Below the pieces are notes generated by a model. It saw only the letters and a list, made by a program, of their open reading frames with translations. It searched no databases and had not been told where the DNA came from. Both the position numbers and the translations under genes were made by a program. A DNA stretch of 63,447 nucleotides, the filler included, from Diploschistes diacapsis (lineage: Eukaryota): the NCBI GenBank assembly GCA_023645945.1. It is 18 parts of 18 records of this genome, joined end to end, with 100 filler letters (N's around TTAATTAATTAA, not from the genome) between each part and the next. Parts side by side here need not be neighbours in the genome. Positions count along the whole stretch, not along the records: positions 59,395 to 60,679 come from JALAIB010003402.1; positions 60,780 to 62,063 come from JALAIB010003403.1; positions 62,164 to 63,447 come from JALAIB010003404.1; 15 more parts are not named here. One strand, given 5' to 3'. The stretch's first letter is position 1, and every line of letters begins with the position of its first letter. This document shows, piece after piece, positions 59,647-63,447 of the stretch.

Positions 59647-61377
59647 TATATAAAAAAACCCGTTTTAAGATAAAAAAGACGTCGTTTTTAATAATATACT
59701 ATAAACATAAGGCGCGCTGTCTAGGGAGACTTTCCTTGCTATAGTAGGTAGGTGGTCGTAGGTGATGCAGTAAAGGAATGTAATGTGATCTAATAATCAA
59801 GAACATAGCTAAATAAAGAATTAATAAAATATAAATGCATGAATTATCTAGAGCTATTTAGCAGGCCTTTTTAAATAAAATTACCTTAAAGGAACCACCC
59901 TTACCAAATATACCGCTTACTTTTATGTTTATATACGACCCCCTTTTCAATAATTCGCTATTCCGTAACGAACTTTACACAAATCTTCCTAATAAAGAAT
60001 CTTAATTTTTTTATCTCCGTATCTTAATATAATTTTGTACCTTTCCGGTTATTTAAGTACTTAAAGATTCATTATCTTTAATACTTTTTTCTCGACGTAA
60101 TCGTATTTTTAAACATATTTCACCGTACTTCGTTTTCTCAAACACAGCTAGATAGAAGGGCGGTACCTATTTAAAAACATTTCTATCTCTTACCGTATTT
60201 ACACCATCGATAAATGTTTCGCCAGACAAGTACAATCAACAGCACGTCCTTTCCTTTCTTCTCTCTTCCTTCTCCTCCCTCGTCACACTTCTTAAGCAGT
60301 CAACAGCAGGCAAGCAAATCATAAAAAAAAACAAATAAGTAAATCAGGCGGAAAAGTAAGAATGCTATGAAGCTAACAGATAAAATAAATAACCCCGTAA
60401 GCAATAAATAGTACTCTATTATAGGTTTCTAAGGTCTTATGATACTAACTCCGACTTTTAGCCAGGTAACCTATAATCAAAATGGCTCCATTTTTCCTTA
60501 AACATTTTTTATATTTTTTATATTTATAGTTTAGATATCTATAGGTTTATTTTTAATGTCTAATTCTTAATTTTATTCCTTCGTTTAATTTATATGTTTT
60601 TTTAACTTTCTTTTCGTTATTCATCCGTTATTTATATTTATTCGTATTTATTTTTTTATAAAGTTCTTCCCGTTTCTTTNNNNNNNNNNNNNNNNNNNNN
60701 NNNNNNNNNNNNNNNNNNNNNNNTTAATTAATTAANNNNNNNNNNNNNNNNNNNNNNNNNNNNNNNNNNNNNNNNNNNNTTATATATGTCTATTAAGGTC
60801 TCGTTATTTTATTTCATCAGTCGGACGTATTTCTAAAACTTAGTTATATATTTATAAGCCGAGCTCTTTTAATTAACTATTTTAATAACTCGAATTATGT
60901 ATTTCCTATCGTTAGTAATATCGCAGGTTAATTGGACTTATTTTTTGAACCTTACGAAATTCTTAAACACTCCGTAATTATCTTTTTAATTCTTTAAGTA
61001 AGTATCGAGATAAGATCTTATTTATATTCATACGCGGTCACGTATGAAACCCGCGGCGAAAACGTTCCGTTTCCCTTGATTATCCGTTATATACTCGTTC
61101 CAATAAAAGTATATTAAGAATTAAATTATTTAATGTTTTAATTTCTTACGATCTTTATAAAACGTTATTAATTTTATTACTTTTACGATAAGTTTTTTAT
61201 AATAACTATTTTCGTCGGGTTCATCGTTACTTCCCGAATTATCTTTTTTAGGTACCGTATTGTCCGTTATGGGTACATCGATCTCCCTTAATGGCGTTAC
61301 TACTCGTCGCGGTATTTAATACGGATCTAACCACTAAAGGCGATTTCCCGGTTATACTATTTAAAGTAGTATTTAAA

Positions 61378-61801
61378 TGTTATAATCACTATCTCTATAA
61401 AATAGACACGAGGTGTTAATTAAAATGATTTAATCTCGATTAAAGAAAAACATTAATAAAAAAAAGAAATAGATCGATTACAGGTCTATACTAATCTCTA
61501 AAAGATTATTTTCAGATAATAAAAGATAACGAATATAGATTGATCTCGTGTAATAACTAAAGATGTTTATAAAAATAAATATATGAGAATTTATAAGAGC
61601 CGTAACGATATTCTTATATAGCCAACCGCTACTCTTAGAGTAGATAAATAGATAAATAGAATTACCGTTGTCTGCTTCTACCCGCTAGTAGGTATATAGA
61701 CCTCCAAGGCCTTCTACTCGTCACGTGACCAGTGTCACCATGATTAGTCTATATACAAGGAATGGCTGGGACGTGCCAAGTCTGGTACTTGGATCGTAAC
61801 A
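61378..61801 (-). repeat. LTR family B, full length (424 bp)
   Basis: TGTTATAATC...GATCGTAACA termini. Confidence 0.75.
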
Positions 61802-61976
61802 TCAGCCCCCGGTAGTGTAGCACCCTTTCCTGTAGGGGCGTTCTAATAATAATAATATAGGACATAATAAATAAAGATAAATATAACGTTAGTATAGATG
61901 GGTGATGAAAAGTCTTTTATAGACACATTTCACCTAACTAACGCCTAGTGATTAATAATATATATAATCTCCGATA

Positions 61977-62063
61977 ACGTATATGCATAGCGAGCGGACA
62001 CTCATAATGAGCGGATACCCGCCATCTAATTTACGAACTTTTAATTTTTGTATTAATTTTCTA
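61977..62063 (+). mobile_element. Fot1/pogo family 2 end
   Basis: TA|ACGTATATGCATAGCGAGCGGACACTCATAATGAGCGGATACC, with internal GAGCGGA repeat. Confidence 0.65.
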
Positions 62064-62163
62064 NNNNNNNNNNNNNNNNNNNNNNNNNNNNNNNNNNNNN
62101 NNNNNNNTTAATTAATTAANNNNNNNNNNNNNNNNNNNNNNNNNNNNNNNNNNNNNNNNNNNN

Positions 62164-62445
62164 AATTAAAAATATTTATAAAAATAAACACGTCTTTTTT
62201 TACGAAGGTAAAATCGTGTTTATATATAATTAACTCGCTCGCCGTTTATTATAAGTTTAGCGAATGATGTCCTCGAGACTTGCCGCTTACGAGAAAGAAC
62301 GCGATTATCGAGCGGTAATAAAAACCCGCTCGCCGCTTATAAAAATAAACTCGAGCAGTAAGCGTGTCACGTAACCCCCCGTCCCGTGACTGACCTATAT
62401 ACAATAAAGCTGGGACGTGCCAAGTCTAGTACTTAGATCGTAACA
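62164..62445 (-). repeat. LTR family B-related fragment
   Basis: Ends GGGACGTGCCAAGTCTAGTACTTAGATCGTAACA, like 61801. Confidence 0.65.
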
Positions 62446-62619
62446 CTCGATAACGTTATTCTAATTAACCTATTCTTTTATCGGGTCTTTAAACGAAGAT
62501 ATTCGTCGTTTAAGTTCGTCGCGGAAATCCTTCTAGGATCTTCCCCGTACTAATTCTTCGCTGATATTAAATCCTTCGAAGGTTTTTAACATAAATAATT
62601 ATCGTAACGCGGGATACTT

Positions 62620-63168
62620 TATAGATTATTTCTTAACTATCGATTCGTTTTCTGAATCGTATTCTTTAATCGTTAGGATCTCGATTGATTCTTTAAAAAT
62701 CGGAAATATTATAAAATTTCTTTTTTTCTTTTAATCCTTTTTATTAACGAAAACTATTATTTATAATAAATCAGCGGGTAATACTTTCGAGTTCCGGTTA
62801 TCGTAGATTTACTCGAATATTTAATTCGGTTAACGTTTTAAACTCTCGTCACGAGTATGAAAGTAAAATGAGCTTTTCGAATATGAAACGCCAGCGCAGG
62901 AAAGGATATTATTCTATCGGGGGCTGAACCTGATCCGAAAGGATTAGATATAACTAGATATCTGCAGATAAAAGGTCTCGATTCGAAAAGTTAAAAAAAA
63001 AACTATCTAAATGGGAGGAAGGCACCGTTAAGTAGTATAGATGCCAGACCTACCGGGGTTCGAGGACTACCCATCTACACAGCCACCCCCTGACCCTACC
63101 GTGTCTTGGCAAGCACCTGGGCATTGACCCTGCCGTGGCTTGGCAAGCCCCTGGGCTGGGCTGTCTCA
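62620..63168 (-). repeat. LTR-like family A
   Basis: Ends GGGCTGGGCTGTCTCA; homologous to 50407-50966. Confidence 0.7.
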
Positions 63169-63447
63169 TCGTGAGTGATTTATTATTATTGATTTTTAAT
63201 AATTTGACTTAATGCGGTTTTTTTATTATATAGTCTGGTCGTTTATTCAACGCGTTAGCTCGTTCGTTTATTTTATTTACGATCTTTTTGATCGCGAAAC
63301 GGTATCGTCCGAAAATTTCTGATTAACGAAACTATTTTAGGTTAAATTTTTTTGTCGTCGTGAACTTTAATAAGTTTATATAGTTTATATAGATTTCGGT
63401 TTCTTTTATTTCGTGAATATAGATGTATTATTCGTTTAAAATAACGA

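Overview
Eukaryotic DNA from a filamentous ascomycete (Pezizomycotina, probably Eurotiomycetes-like; inferred from short GT-AG introns with CTRAY branch sites and from the gene families). The window is not a natural locus. It is 18 contigs joined by 17 artificial 100-bp spacers (N44-TTAATTAATTAA-N44). Contig 1 (1-20561) carries SEC1, PRP22, SAR1, URB1/NPA1 and a truncated eIF4E-binding (4E-T/Eap1-like) gene. It also has a ~5.2-kb island of decayed kinase-TPR, kinase-HeLo-like-pseudokinase and TPR genes, which may be a relic fungal immunity/cell-death cluster. Contig 3 (22056-42615) carries LysM, BTB, Rds1-like ferritin, TIF35/eIF3g, a NAD-dependent hydroxyacid dehydrogenase and conserved hypothetical genes. 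The other ~1.29-kb contigs are mostly RIP-degraded transposon debris: two Fot1/pogo families, Gypsy chromovirus, probable copia, two LTR families, hAT-like ends, a LINE tail and a tRNA-headed SINE-like element. One small contig holds the 3' end of PRP17/CDC40. The most notable observations are the kinase/HeLo/TPR relic cluster, a PRP22 apparently lacking the S1 domain, an 8-nt micro-exon with a duplication signature in eIF3g, a YxxxxL-phi motif missed by the ORF track, and the SINE-like element. All family assignments come from motif recognition by eye; no database search was run.
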